A stretch of DNA of 64,000 nucleotides from Octopus sinensis (Eukaryota): positions 11,222,001-11,286,000 of the forward strand of contig NC_043016.1 in NCBI RefSeq assembly GCF_006345805.1, read 5' to 3'. A model generated the notes under the pieces. The model searched no databases and was not told the DNA's origin. It saw nothing but the letters and a program-made list of their open reading frames with translations. Positions 37,390-50,172 of this stretch are shown here, piece after piece. Each line of letters opens with the position of its first letter. Position 1 is the stretch's first letter. A program made the translations under genes and the position numbers.

Positions 37390-37740
37390 GAGGAATGTAA
37401 AAAGCACCTTCTGAGCGCTGGGTCTCTTGGAGACAATGACAAATGACTGTGACCATTGGCACTAAGCTGTGCTTGAGAAGAAGACCCATCAAGTGAAGTG
37501 AAATCGTAGTCATGGCAAACGCTGGCGTCACACAACTGGCACCTGTGCCAGTGACACGTAAAAGCACCCATTACACTCTGTAAAGTGGTTGGTGTTAGGA
37601 ATGGCATCCAGCCGTAGAAACCATGCCAAATCAGACTGGAATCTGGTGCAGCCTCTCAGCTTGACATGCCCTGGCCAAACCATCCAGCCCATGCCAGCAT
37701 GGACAACAGACATTAAATGATGATGATGATGATGGTGATG
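37390..37740 (+). mobile_element. Group E (RTE 3' UTR) element
   Basis: Family match with (GAT)n tail. Confidence 0.8.
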
Positions 37741-37837
37741 GTGATGATAATGATGAGGAAAATAATGAAATGATATATGGTTAGTAGGAAGAGGAGGATA
37801 TAAAAGTAAAAAAGAAATATCAGAGATAGAATGTATT

Positions 37838-38215
37838 CCTTTATTCTTTTACTTGTTTCAGTCGTTTTGACTGTGGCCATGCTGGAGCACCACCTTTAGT
37901 TGAACAATTTGACCCCAGGATTTATTCTTTGTAAGCATAGTACTCATTCTATCGGTCTCTTTTGCCAAACTGCTAAATTACAGGGACATAAACACACCAA
38001 CATTGGTTGTCAAGCGATGGTGGGGGGACAAATACACACAGACACACACACACACACAGACATATACAACTGGCTTCTTTCAGTTTCTGTCCACCAAATC
38101 CACTCACAAGGCCTTGGTCAGTCTGAGGCCATAGTAGAAGACACTTGCCCAAGGTACCACACAGTGGGACTGAACCTGGAACCATGTGGTTGGGAAGCAA
38201 GCTTCTTACCACAAT
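37838..38215 (-). mobile_element. SINE group A
   Basis: Family match. Confidence 0.85.
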
Positions 38216-38339
38216 AGTTTAGTGATGAAGAGGGAACAGTCAGTCAGTCAGTGGCCGTCAGAAACCCTCGAAACCTGGTGAGATGTGTGAGATGCATAAG
38301 ATCTGTGTAGCTTTTATCATTAGTATATTGATAAACACT

Positions 38340-38580
38340 GTATGCCTTGTTTTAGATCTAAGATGTTTGTATCAAACAACCAAATTGGATAGAATGTTGA
38401 GGTGGTTTGATCACATTGAGAGGATGGATGAGGAGCAGATGGTAAGGAGGGTGATGAAGGCAGAAGTGGTATGCAGCAGAACCAGAGGCAGATTTCGGTT
38501 TGTGTGGATGGATGGAGTGAGGAAAGCTTTGGTGGTCAGAAGTGTTGGAGTGAGAGGTGAGAGAGTTTATAAATGATAGG
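38340..38580 (+). mobile_element. RTE-clade ORF C-terminal fragment
   Basis: MLRWFDHIERMDEEQMVRRVM..RTRGRFRFVWMDGV. Confidence 0.75.
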
Positions 38581-38989
38581 AAAGCTTGGAGAGTGTTTGG
38601 GGATGGATGAGTGGATTGATGTTACTCAAAGGGTTACAAAACCAACATGATGCAGCGGGGGTAAACCAGCATATGCTGTTGGGCCCCACTGCTGATATTG
38701 GGAGTTGGGTTCTATGCCTTGACCCAAGCATAAAACAGGGCTCACCCCTTTGAGCTGAGAAATGAATGGAATGCCTGGTGTGTGTCTTGTGGTTACCCAC
38801 TCCTAAAACAATAGGGAATAGGTCTAGGTATATAAAATAAAATGTTGGGGTGTGCAGCAGCACAGTTTCAGCTGTGAGGGTTACACTCCCTTGTGGCTCT
38901 GTCAAGAACTTTCCCCAGAATGTCAGAAGTTGTTCAGAGTTTGACTATTTCCTAAACAAGCTGGGGAGGATCATTAGTCTTTGAGGTGG

Positions 38990-40025
38990 GGTTTTTTTTC
39001 TATCTGTGTCACGTACAGAGTGTTCTCCAAATATGTATGCAAACTTCTTGTGAGAATAAGATTAGGCTGGGCATAGTTGAGAGAGCTTCTATCCCTGCTA
39101 GTAACAAAGGGCCTCTCTCTCAGAGTAAAAGGCAGATTGTTTGATGCCTGTGTGCGAACAGCTATGCTGCATGACAGTAAAACATGAGCTGTGACAACCA
39201 AGGACATGTGTAGGCTTGAAAGAAATGAAACCAGTATGCTCCACTGGATGTGCAATGTCAGTGTGCATGTTTGACAGATTGTAAGGATCTTGAAAGAAAA
39301 GTTGGACTTAAGAAGCATCAGTTGTGGTGTGCAAGTGAAACAACTGCACTGGTATGGTCATGTGATGCGTATGGACAAGGACAGCTGTGTGAAGAAGTGC
39401 CAATCTCTAACTGTGAATGGAACCTGTGGTAGAAGTAGACTCAGGAAAACATGAGATGAGGTGGTGAAGCATGATCTTCGAACTTTGAGCCTCACAGAGG
39501 CAATGACTAGTTACAAATACCTTTGGCGATGTGCTCTACTTGAGAGGATCCGTGAAGCCAAATGCACCCATGCTGGTGGCACATAAAGAACATCCTTTGA
39601 ATGTTGGGCCTCTTGTAGGAAAAGTGGCTAAGTTCCTTTCAAGCGTTGGGCCATGCAGAGACAAAGTGGCTGAGTTCCTTTCGAGTGTTGGGCCTCACAG
39701 AGGCAATGACCAAGACACTTGGCATTATGTTGAGCTTGAGAAGAAGACCCATCAAGCCAAGCAAAGTCACAATCATGACAGATACCGGTGTCACGCAAAT
39801 TGGCACCCATCCCAGTGGCATGTAAACACATCCCAGTGTCACACAAATGGCACCCATGCTGGTGGCACATAAAAGCACCCTTTACATTCTTGGAGTAGTT
39901 GGCATTAGGAAGGACATCCAACTGTAGAAAATCATGCCAAATCAGACTGGAGTCTGGTGCAACCTTCCAGCATACCAGCCCAGTCAAACTGTCCAACACA
40001 TACAAGCATGAACAACAGACGTTAA

Positions 40026-40066
<41 letters not shown>
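38990..40066 (+). mobile_element. 5'-truncated RTE LINE with group E 3' UTR
   Basis: KGLSLRVKGRLFDACVRTAMLH..LHWYGHVMRMD..GTCGRSRLRKT, then tandem UTR units and (GAT)n. Confidence 0.88.
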
Positions 40067-40599
40067 ATGATGATTAACACAATGCCCTTTAAGGTATGTC
40101 TAAGATTATAATTAATCCTTTAGCATTTAAACTGGTTAATATATCTGGCCAAAATATTTCACCTGCTTTATGTTCAAACTGGCTGGATTTATTCTCTCAC
40201 ACCTACCCTACAATGTCATTCTAAAACTAAACAATCACATCAAAATTTTGAAGCTTCAAGACAATTCATGATTTATTCAAAAAATAAGCATTACATTTGG
40301 CAGGATAATCTGAATGTCGTACAGTTGAATGTGTAAGTGTTTTGAAGTATCACAGGCATTTGAACTGATGCCCATTCTGGTCAAATATAGCTGATAATGT
40401 AGGTTAATGGAATTGCAACATCACAAATCATTTCAAATGGTAGCATTTTTTTTTTCTATGGCTATATTCATTTCATTAACTGCTGCTTATTGTTTCTTTG
40501 GGGTTGTTTTTTTTTGCATAATAAATTGTATTTGTTTATCAGCCCTTGTAAAAAAAAAGAAAAGAAAAGAAATCTATAAGTATAAAATTTAGTAAATAC

Positions 40600-41330
40600 A
40601 GTGGTCATTCAATGATACCTCTTTGTCCAATCCACTTGTTTGGCTGGTTTCCATCGAGCAGGCCATCTTATCATGATGGTGATCAGGGCACATAACATTT
40701 TGCTTAGAATAAATCTCTTCTTCAATATGTTAGCACCATAGATTCCAACGGGAAGTTGAAATAAACAGCACAGGCACCTTTGGGGTTCAATTAAGCCCCA
40801 AACTGACAAACCCACAAATGACACTGCAGCTCTTGGTTAGATCACAGGACATCACTTCTTAAGATTCTTAGTAACCCAGTTGCTGCATAAGGAGTATTTG
40901 ATTGAGCCGTTTAGCTAAAATAGTCTCGTATTTTCAGATAGTCGCTTTTGCAAACATAGTGTACTCTGTTCCCTTTCCTTAAGTATTTCACACAAAATTC
41001 AATGCTTCGATCAGAATCACCTTCAATAAAGACCTGTGTTAATCATGGAACAAAACTATTCCAATTGACTCACTTCAAAATGAAAATGGATTCTCAATTT
41101 TGAAATGCCTGTCTAACCAACCACTTGCACAAAAAGATTTTCTTGAAGACTGATCTTAAGTTTCCACCAGCATTTCTTCTCTAATGGCACTCACAGATGT
41201 TTGTGATCTTCCATAATGACATGTGCAAATGTCTTGAACAGTTTCTGCTATTTCAAATTTAATTTCTAATGTTAGCAAAGGGAACACCATGTTGGTGGAT
41301 CTGTTTGAAGGATCATTCCAATAAATCTAT
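40600..41330 (-). mobile_element. Decayed pogo/Tigger-like transposase remnant
   Basis: TLEIKFEIAE and FCASGWLDRHFK motifs across frameshifts. Confidence 0.45.
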
Positions 41331-41344
41331 GCACTTTGGCTGCC

Positions 41345-42135
41345 TTTTATTCTTTTACTTGTTTCAGTAATTTGATTGTGGCCATGCTGGAGCACTGCTT
41401 TGAAGAATGTTAATCAAATGAATTAATTCCAGTACTTTTTTTGCTTAAGCCTGGTACCTATTCTATCGGCTTCTTTTGCCAAACTGCTAATATTATAGGG
41501 ACATAAATACACCAACACCAATTGTCAAGTAGTGGTGGAGAACAAACACAAACAGAAAAACACACACACGCACATATACATGCGCACACACATTATATAT
41601 ATATAATTTTCTGTCTACCAAATGCACTCACAAGGCTTTGGTTAGCCTGTGGCCATAGTTAAAAGCACTTGCCCAAGGTGTCATTCATTGAGACTGAACC
41701 CAGAACCATGTGGTTGGGAAGCAAACTTCTTACCATGCAGCCGCACATGTGCATACTTCTAGTGGAAATATTTAGTGTTCTTTTATTTGTTTGTTATTTT
41801 GACTGTGGCCATGCTGGAGCACCACCTTTAATCGAACAAATCGACCCCAGGACTCATTTTTTGTAAGCCTAGTACTTATTCTATTGGTATCTTTTGCCAA
41901 ACGGCTAAGTTATGGGGATGCAAACACACCAACATCGGTTGTTAAGCAATGGTGAGTGTACAAACACATACGCCAGGCTTCTTTCAGTTTCCATCTACCA
42001 AATCCACTCACAAGGCTTTGGTCAGCCCGAGGCTATAGCAGAAGACTCTTGCCCAAGGTGCCATGCAGTGGGATTGAACCTGGAACCATGTGGTTGGGAA
42101 GCAAGCTACTTACCACACAGCCACACCTATGCCTA
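41345..42135 (-). mobile_element. Two SINE group A copies
   Basis: Family match. Confidence 0.82.
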
Positions 42136-42414
42136 TGTTATTGAATTATATACAGTAAAGTAGTGCGTCTTTTGTTTTTAGGGACAACCTGTATATGTGA
42201 AGTGCATGACCTCATGGACAGTGTGTAGCACTCGTAATTGTGAGATCATGGTTTTGATTCTTTGACTAAGCAGTAGATAAACTAATATAGAGAACTTTGT
42301 TATTGTTGCTTGATCTGTAATAAATAGTAGCCAAATCACCTTTAAATAACCAGCTACCATCTTTGAAAAAAAAGGGAAAAATGGAAGTGCACATTGGATA
42401 ATGTGGTTCTAGAT

Positions 42415-42725
42415 AATCATCATCATCATCATCATCATCATTGTTTAGCGTCCGCTTTCCATGCTAGCATGGGTTGGACGGTTCAACTGGGGTCTGTGAA
42501 GCCAGAAGGCTGCACCAGGCCCAGTCTTATCTGGCAATGTTTCTACGGCTGGATGCCCTTCCTAACGCCAACCACTCCGTGAGTGTAGTGGGTGCTTTTT
42601 ACGTGTCACTGACACAGGTGCCAGACGAGGCTGGCGAACGGCCACGCTCGGATGGTATTTTTTATGTGCCACTGGCACGGAGGCCAGGCGAGGCTGGCAA
42701 CGGCCATGATTGGATGGTGCTTTTT
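42415..42725 (-). mobile_element. Group E element
   Basis: Family match with three tandem units. Confidence 0.85.
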
Positions 42726-43509
42726 ACAGCCTGAACATCTTTGTTCATAAGCCTACGAAATCAGGGCTGATCTCAAGCTAGACAACAACCACACAGCCAA
42801 CTACTATTATTATCACCACCACCACCACCACCACAACCACCACCATCACCACTACCACCGCCAACAACAACAACAGAAACAAACAGTAATACCACCACCA
42901 TCACCACTGGCACTAATATAACCATGAACACTGCCACTACCATCACCACCACCACTGCCACCACTAGCATCACCACTTCCAATAGCAACACCAATGTCAG
43001 CACCAGCATTACTACTCCAACACCACCACAAACAGCATCCCATCACCAACAACATCAATGGAAATTTAGTCCCTATTTATTTTTTTTCAGTTCTCTGCAA
43101 GATCTAAAAATATTGAAGAATTTTGCATTGTGAAATATATCCAATGTTCTAAAGAGATTCTTCCCTTCAACTAGAAGTAAAGAAAGGCAAGAGTGTTGGT
43201 GTTGTTGCTGTTGTTGTTATTGGTCTAGCACACAGTCCTGAAACATTAGTCTTTCCATGACTCACATCAATCAAACTTACCAACATCCTACAGGCTTTCT
43301 TGGAATACTTCACGGCTGACAGAGGTCCTTACCTTTCACCTCGGATTACTGCCGTTACAGATCACACCGTGATATCACTTTACAAGTTCTTCCATTGATG
43401 GGGTTTTTATTTTTGTCTTTCTTTTTTTGTCACATTATTATGGAATAGCTGTTATTTTATTTTAGCAGCACAAAAACAAAAAGTTATACATTTCCCTAGT
43501 AATTTATGT

Positions 43510-43549
<40 letters not shown>

Positions 43550-43714
43550 CAAGAAGTTGAGGTTATAAGAGGTAATGGTGTCATGGAGACCCAAAGGTGT
43601 CAGGTAATGCTGAATAAGCGCTATAGATAGACCATAGTTAAGTGCCAGGTTCGGTGATTATGCGAATAAGGGGTTCAACATTGGTCATATGTCAGCGTGT
43701 ATATATTTTTTTCA

Positions 43715-43807
43715 TAATGAGATAAAAAAACCAAGGTTGTGTAGATTTTAGAACATTTATATATAAATGTTCTAAAATCTACACAGCCTTGGTTTTTTAT
43801 CTCATTA
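43715..43807. repeat. Zero-loop palindrome with ~46-bp arms
   Basis: Centre CATTTATA|TATAAATG. Confidence 0.9.
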
Positions 43808-43833
43808 AGAAAGAATTTTATAATATATATATA

Positions 43834-43874
<41 letters not shown>

Positions 43875-43885
43875 TTATATATATA

Positions 43886-44476
43886 TTATAATTTAGAACA
43901 AACAGTAAAAGGTTGTCATTATAATACTCTGAGTTTCAAATATCGGAGCGGAGAGCTACGATGCATTCTTGTTAGCTATTAATGGCAACAGATGCTATGA
44001 AAAATAAAAACCATTGAATAAAAGGGAAGTTACTCTAATAGGTAGAAAAAGAAAAAGGAAAAAAGATTTTAAAAAATTACATGCAACCATATTCACACAA
44101 TTATAAAAAAAAAGCACTCTGTTGGTTACGACGAAAAGGGTCCCAGCTGATACGATCAACGGAACAGCCTGCTCATGAAATTAACATGCAAGTGACTGAG
44201 CAATCCACAAACACATGTGACAAGGCTGGCCCTTTGAAATACAGGTACAACTCATTTTTGCCAGCTGAGAGGACTGGAGCAATGTGAAATAAAGTGTCTT
44301 GCTCAAGGACACAACGCATTGCCGGGAATTGAAATCATGACCTTACAATCATGAGCCAAATGCCCTAACCACTAAGCCATGCACCTTCTCACAATACATA
44401 GACATAAACCTCTGCTCTGACATTTGAAACTCCGAGTAATATAATGACAACATTTTGCTGTTTGTTCTAAATTATA

Positions 44477-44477
<1 letters not shown>
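43886..44477. mobile_element. Foldback of the 16247 family split by SINE C'
   Basis: Arms at 43886-43953 and 44410-44477 carry TTTGAAACTC(A/C)GAGTA; the CUGA half has decayed. Confidence 0.7.
44112..44385 (-). mobile_element. Chimeric SINE C'
   Basis: C-type tRNA head and core plus D-type tail GGAACAGCCTGCTC. Confidence 0.8.
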
Positions 44478-44521
<44 letters not shown>

Positions 44522-44639
44522 TATATGTCTCCATATAAATAGATGTGTGTATATAGATATTTATATATTTACAGACAAGTTTATATGTGTATTTTTCCCT
44601 TGTTATATATATATGGTAAATGAAAGATGGAAGATAGAA

Positions 44640-45045
44640 TATACTCCTTTACTCCTTTACTCCTTTACTTGTTTCAGTCATTTGACTGCGGCCATGCTGG
44701 CGCACCGCATTTAGTTGAGCAAATCAACCCCAGGACTTATTCTTTGTAAGCCCAGTACTTATTCTATCGGTCTCTTTTTGCCGAACCACTAAGTGACGGG
44801 GACGTAAACACACCAGCATTGGTTGTCAAGCAATGCTAGGGGGACAAACACAGACACACAAACATACATATATATACGACAAACTTCTTTCAGTTTCCGT
44901 CTACCAAATCCACTCACAAGGCATTGGTTGGCCCAGGGCTATAGCAGAAGACACTTGCCCAAGATGCCATACAATGTGGGACTGAACCCGGAACCATGTG
45001 GTTGGTTAGCAAACTACTTACCACACAGCCACTCCTGCACCTATA
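44640..45045 (-). mobile_element. Full-length SINE group A (GTAAAGGA tail variant)
   Basis: Family match. Confidence 0.88.
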
Positions 45046-45308
45046 TGAGAATTTTAATTATTAATCATGACTGTTGTTTCGACACATCCAACATTGATCC
45101 CTCAAGGGTGGGACACTTACCAACTGATTCAGGAGCATCTGGCGGTGCAGATGGGTCTCACCGGGTGATAAACAGACACACCTCATCAAAATAACAGTTC
45201 TGCGATGTATCTTTTCATTTCGTAGAAAGAGAAGCAACAAAACAAAGGAAATATCCTCATTTACACAGAAGATCAAAAATAAAATCACAGATTGGGTGTG
45301 TGTGTGTG

Positions 45309-45351
<43 letters not shown>

Positions 45352-45424
45352 GAGAGTGAAAGAGAATGAGATAGTAACACAAATAAACATGCTGTGGGCT
45401 TGATGTATAAAATATACATGCATA

Positions 45425-46020
45425 CAGGCACAGGTGTAGCTGTGTGGTAAGTAGCTTGCTCTCCAGCCACATGGTTTCAGGTTCAGTCCCACTGCGTGGC
45501 ACCTTGGGCAAGTGTCTTCTACTATAGCCTCGGGCCGACCAAAGCCTTGTGAGTGGATTTGGTTGATGGAAACTGAGAGAAGCCAATCATGTGTGTGTGT
45601 GTGTGTATGTGTATGTGTGTGTGTGTGCAGGTGTGGGTGTGTGGTAAGTAGCTTGTTCCCCAACCACATGGTACCAAGTCCAGTCCTACTGCGTGGCACC
45701 TAGGGCAAGTGTCTTCTACTATAGCCTCGAACCAACCAAAGCTTTGTGAGTGGATTTGTTAGATGGAAACTGAAAGAAGCCTGTCGTATATAAAAACGTA
45801 TACATTTGTATGTGTGTTTGTCCCACCACCACCATCACTTGACAACCAACGTTGGTATGTTTATGTCCCTGTAACTTAGTGGTTCAGCAAAAGAGACCAG
45901 TAGAATAAGCACTAGGCTTACAAAGAATAAGTTCTGGGGTCGATTAGTTCGACTAATGGCAGTGCTCCAGCATGGCTACAATCAAATACTGGAACAATGG
46001 AAGAGACTAAAAGAATAAGA
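45425..46020 (+). mobile_element. SINE group A: 5' half followed by a full copy
   Basis: Family match. Confidence 0.82.
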
Positions 46021-46166
46021 ATATATATACACAAGTAAATATATATGTAAGAAATATTCAGAATGTGAACATTCATGGCTAAGCATATAAAGATATTTAT
46101 ATATTTACAGAACAAATTTATATGGAGTATAAAAATTCAGAAAACTAAGGGGAGAGGACATGGTAT

Positions 46167-46302
46167 TTCAGGCCCGACAGCTGTTTCTGGGAGACTCAGA
46201 ATTATGTAATAATTGTTATGTTGGTAGATGGAGCATGCAAAAGTGTCAAGGATATGCAAATAAACATTACTGTACAGTTGGCCTCTATCTTCAGGGTGGA
46301 AA
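46167..46302 (-). ncRNA. Type-I hammerhead motif with ~80-nt stem II insert
   Basis: CCC-CTGAAGA-TA-GAGGC..GTCTC-CCA-GAAAC-AGCT-GT-C-GGG. Confidence 0.6.
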
Positions 46303-46703
46303 GATTGGCAGCTAGCGGTTCAAAGAGAATTTAAGGGTAGAATTATATGACAGGATTTGATGTGTCCAAGGACTGCATCATGCTCTAATGCCGACTTTGT
46401 GGCATGGTTTCTATGGCTGAATTCCCTTCCTGACACTAACCATTTTATAGCAAGTACCACATGCTTTCATTTATGCCATCAGCACTACTACTGAAGCTGC
46501 CCTGCAGATCACAAGACTACAGACCCAGGGGAGGAGGAGTGATCTTATTTTGAGGGATGATGGGTTAAAGTATGACAAAATTTTGGGGGCTAGACAAATT
46601 CTTGCAGAAGAACTCACATTTAGATGGGGAGGAAGAGGAGGAGGATAATCACTATCATCATCATCATCATTTAACATCTGCTTTTCATGTTAGCATGATT
46701 ATA

Positions 46704-47099
46704 TCTTTATATATAAAAGTGAAGTTGTGTGTCTGTCTCCTACGATTTAGATTCCTAACTACTCCCACATTTTGCGGTGCAGTTTAACCAAAAGCGGGTA
46801 TCTTATAGTCGTGATTCATATCGGGCCCTTCTGGGTATTATCGTGCGTCTACAATGAGTCTACGATATTTAAAAAAATTTACCATAATTTTTTCCATTTT
46901 AATGCATTTTTCGCTATTATATAAGGGAAGTAACTCTCTAAAAATGTCTATGATGAGTCAACGATTTAAAAAAAAATTTACGATAATTTTTTTTCCATTT
47001 TTAATGCATTTTTTTGCTATTTTTTGGCTATAACTCTCTAAAAATGCTTATATAGTTATTTCCCTTACAAACCCGAGCAACGCCGGGCGATACTGCTAG
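46704..47099 (+). mobile_element. Non-autonomous Helitron
   Basis: A|TC start, CTAG|T end, subterminal hairpin CCCG-N8-CGGG at 47072-47087. Confidence 0.8.
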
Positions 47100-47120
47100 T
47101 ATATATATATATATATATAT

Positions 47121-48413
47121 ACACACACATATACACATGAGAAGACCCCCTTCAGTCATGAATGACCATGGATTGCACCTAGAAAGTTATCCTCTGAGGC
47201 ACAAGTCCAGGCAAGGTTGCTTTGTGGAAGGCCAGCAGTCATCCATGCATACCAACCTATCCTCTCCACTCTACTGATGTTATCCAATGGAAAGGCAAAG
47301 GCTGATACAGCTTGGCACCAGTGACGTAGCAACTCATTTCTACAGCTGAATGAACTGGAACAACATGAAATAAAGTGTCTTGCTCAAGAGCAAAACACAC
47401 AGTCAGGTCTGGGATTCGAACTCACAACCTCACAATCGTAAGATCAACGCTCTAACCACTGAGCCATGCACCTTCACACACACACACACACACATATATA
47501 TACATATTGTTTTTTATTTTATTCTTTTATTTGTTTCAGTCATCTGACTGTGGTCTTGCTGGAGCACCATCTCGAAGGATTTTAGTTGAACAAATCACCC
47601 TAGGACTTTTTTTTTAAGCCCAGTACTTACTCTATCGGTTTCTTTTGCTGAACTGCTAAGTTACAGAGATGTAAACTCACCAACACCAGTTGTCAAGTTG
47701 TGATTGGGGGACAAATACACACACACACATAGCTATATACTTATATACATATACATATATATATATATATAATATATATATATAATATACACACACATAT
47801 ACACATGAGAAGACCCCCTTCAGTCATGAATGACCATGGATTGCACCTAGAAAGTTATCCTCTGAGGCACAAGTCCAGGCAAGGTTGCTTTGTGGAAGGC
47901 CAGCAGTCATCCATGCATACCAACCTATCCTCTCCACTCTACTGATGTTATCCAATGGAAAGGCAAAGGCTGATACAGCTTGGCACCAGTGACGTAGCAA
48001 CTCATTTCTACAGCTGAATGAACTGGAACAACATGAAATAAAGTGTCTTGCTCAAGAGCAAAACACACAGTCAGGTCTGGGATTCGAACTCACAACCTCA
48101 CAATCGTAAGATCAACGCTCTAACCACTGAGCCATGCACCTTCACACACACACACACATATATATACATATTGTTTTTTATTTTATTCTTTTATTTGTTT
48201 CAGTCATCTGACTGTGGTCTTGCTGGAGCACCATCTCGAAGGATTTTAGTTGAACAAATCAACCCTAGGACTTTTTTTTTAAGCCCAGTACTTACTCTAT
48301 CGGTTTCTTTTGCTGAACTGCTAAGTTACAGAGATGTAAACTCACCAACACCAGTTGTCAAGTTGTGATTGGGGGACAAATACACACACACACATAGCTA
48401 TATACTTATATAC

Positions 48414-48450
<37 letters not shown>
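47121..48450. repeat. Near-identical 668-bp tandem duplication (SINE C, SINE A tail, (TA)n)
   Basis: ATGAGAAGACCCCC at 47137 and 47805. Confidence 0.93.
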
Positions 48451-48453
<3 letters not shown>

Positions 48454-48543
48454 TTGTTAAAAAGGAAAACAAGCACCAAGGCAATGCATCTCAAGTCATA
48501 TGTTGTTATTATTATTATTAAAAATAATTAAGCAATTTTTAAA

Positions 48544-48588
48544 GTCTTACAGCTGTTTCTGGAATATCCAAAAAACATCATCAGAAAC
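48544..48588 (-). ncRNA. Type-I hammerhead motif, same family as 4222
   Basis: GTTT-CTGATGA-TG..GGATATTCCA-GAAAC-AGCT-GT-A-AGAC. Flanks are homologous to 4020-4345. Confidence 0.6.
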
Positions 48589-48883
48589 AGACGGTAAGAA
48601 AGTGAGAGGGTATAGAACATGGAAGCAATGGAGAGATGTAGGGAAAAGAGAAAAGGAAAATATATATATAAAAGTTCACAGTTTAAGTTTCCGATAGTAC
48701 AGGTGCTAATCCATGAGCCTTTAGGTACAATACAGTGTGAATCCAGGAAAGATAATATTCCTCATATTGTAGGTGTCCGGGAAGAATACTTCCATGCTGA
48801 AGGTTCATAATAGAATAATATATATATATATATAATAATCGAGCAATAATCAGAGTTCAGCAGTTCATATATATATATATATA

Positions 48884-49748
48884 CAGGGATTCCTCGACTT
48901 GCGTGAGTAATTGGAGGATGTGCAATTCGATATTCATGCAAGTCGAGTACCAGATATTGTTTTCTATAAATATTTTCCGGGATAACTGCTAAATATTGTT
49001 ATATTAAAGAAACACTTAGAGAAAGTATTGAATGAACTTTCTTTCTATTTGAAACCAAAAAACTTTTATTGGTGACTGCTTTGTACGATTACAAATTACT
49101 AAAAATAAAGCAAATTGTTTAATGATTATAAACAGAAAATAGAAAAAACATAGCAAATAAATTTACTTATTCAGTTGATCAAACATTTTTTTATAACAAG
49201 AAAAATCATGTTCCAAATTTCTTTGCACTTGCATACATCGGTGAGTGTTCTCGTCAAAGTTCATTATTTGGTCTTTTAAGCTTTCAAAGGTTTGCATTAT
49301 ATTCTGCAGCTGTTGCAATTTTTAACTGTCTTTCTTCTGGGCCATCTGAAGTCGAAGGATCACCTGTGTCTTCGTCAGAAATCTCCTTATCCATTGCTAA
49401 TAATTCACTGTTGTCAAGCAACCATGGATAATAAATATTCGTCAAAGTTCATTATTTGGTCTTTTAAGCTTTCAAAGGTTTGCATTATATTCTGCAGCTG
49501 TTGCAATTTTTAACTGTTTCTTCTGGGCCATCTGAAGTCGAAGGATTACCTGTGTCTTCGTCAGAAATCTCCTTATTCATTGCTAATAATTCACTGTTGC
49601 GAGAATACAACTCGCGCAACCTGAACACTCGGTATCAAAAGCTGGCTCGCGCAAGTTGAATTTCGCGCAAGTCGAATTTCGCGCAAGTCGAATTTCGCGC
49701 AAGTCAAATTTCGCGCAAGTTGAACTCGCGCAAGTCAGGGAATCCATG
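48884..49748 (-). mobile_element. Tigger/pogo deletion derivative with TIRs and TA TSD
   Basis: TA-CAGGGATTCCTCGACTTGCG / CGCAAGTCAGGGAATCCATG-TA. Contains a 188-bp internal duplication and six 16-bp repeats. Confidence 0.85.
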
Positions 49749-49929
49749 TATATACACAATGGGCTTCTTTCACTTGTTTTCATCAACAAAAATTCATTCA
49801 CAAACCAAGGGCTATAGCAGAAGACACTTACTGCACAGCCATGCCTGCACTTAAATCTTTCTTATCCATCTATCTTTCTCTTTCTGTATATATGTACGCA
49901 TGTGTGAGTATATATATATATATACAGAC

Positions 49930-50150
49930 GGCGAGCTGGCAGAAACGTTAGCACGCCGGGCGAAATGCGTTGCCGTATTTCGTCTGCCGTTACGTTCTGA
50001 GTTCAAATTCCGCCAAGGTCGATGTTGCCTTTCATCCTTCCGGGGTCGATAAATTAAGTACCAGTTACGCACTGGGGTCGATGTAATTGACTTAATCCAT
50101 TTGTTTGTCCTTGTTTGTCTCTTCTGTGTTTAGCCCCTTGTGGGAAGTAA
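49930..50150 (+). mobile_element. Full-length SINE group B
   Basis: GGCGAGCTGGCAGAAACGTTAGC..GAGTTCAAATTCC. Confidence 0.9.
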
Positions 50151-50172
50151 GATATATATATATATATATATA

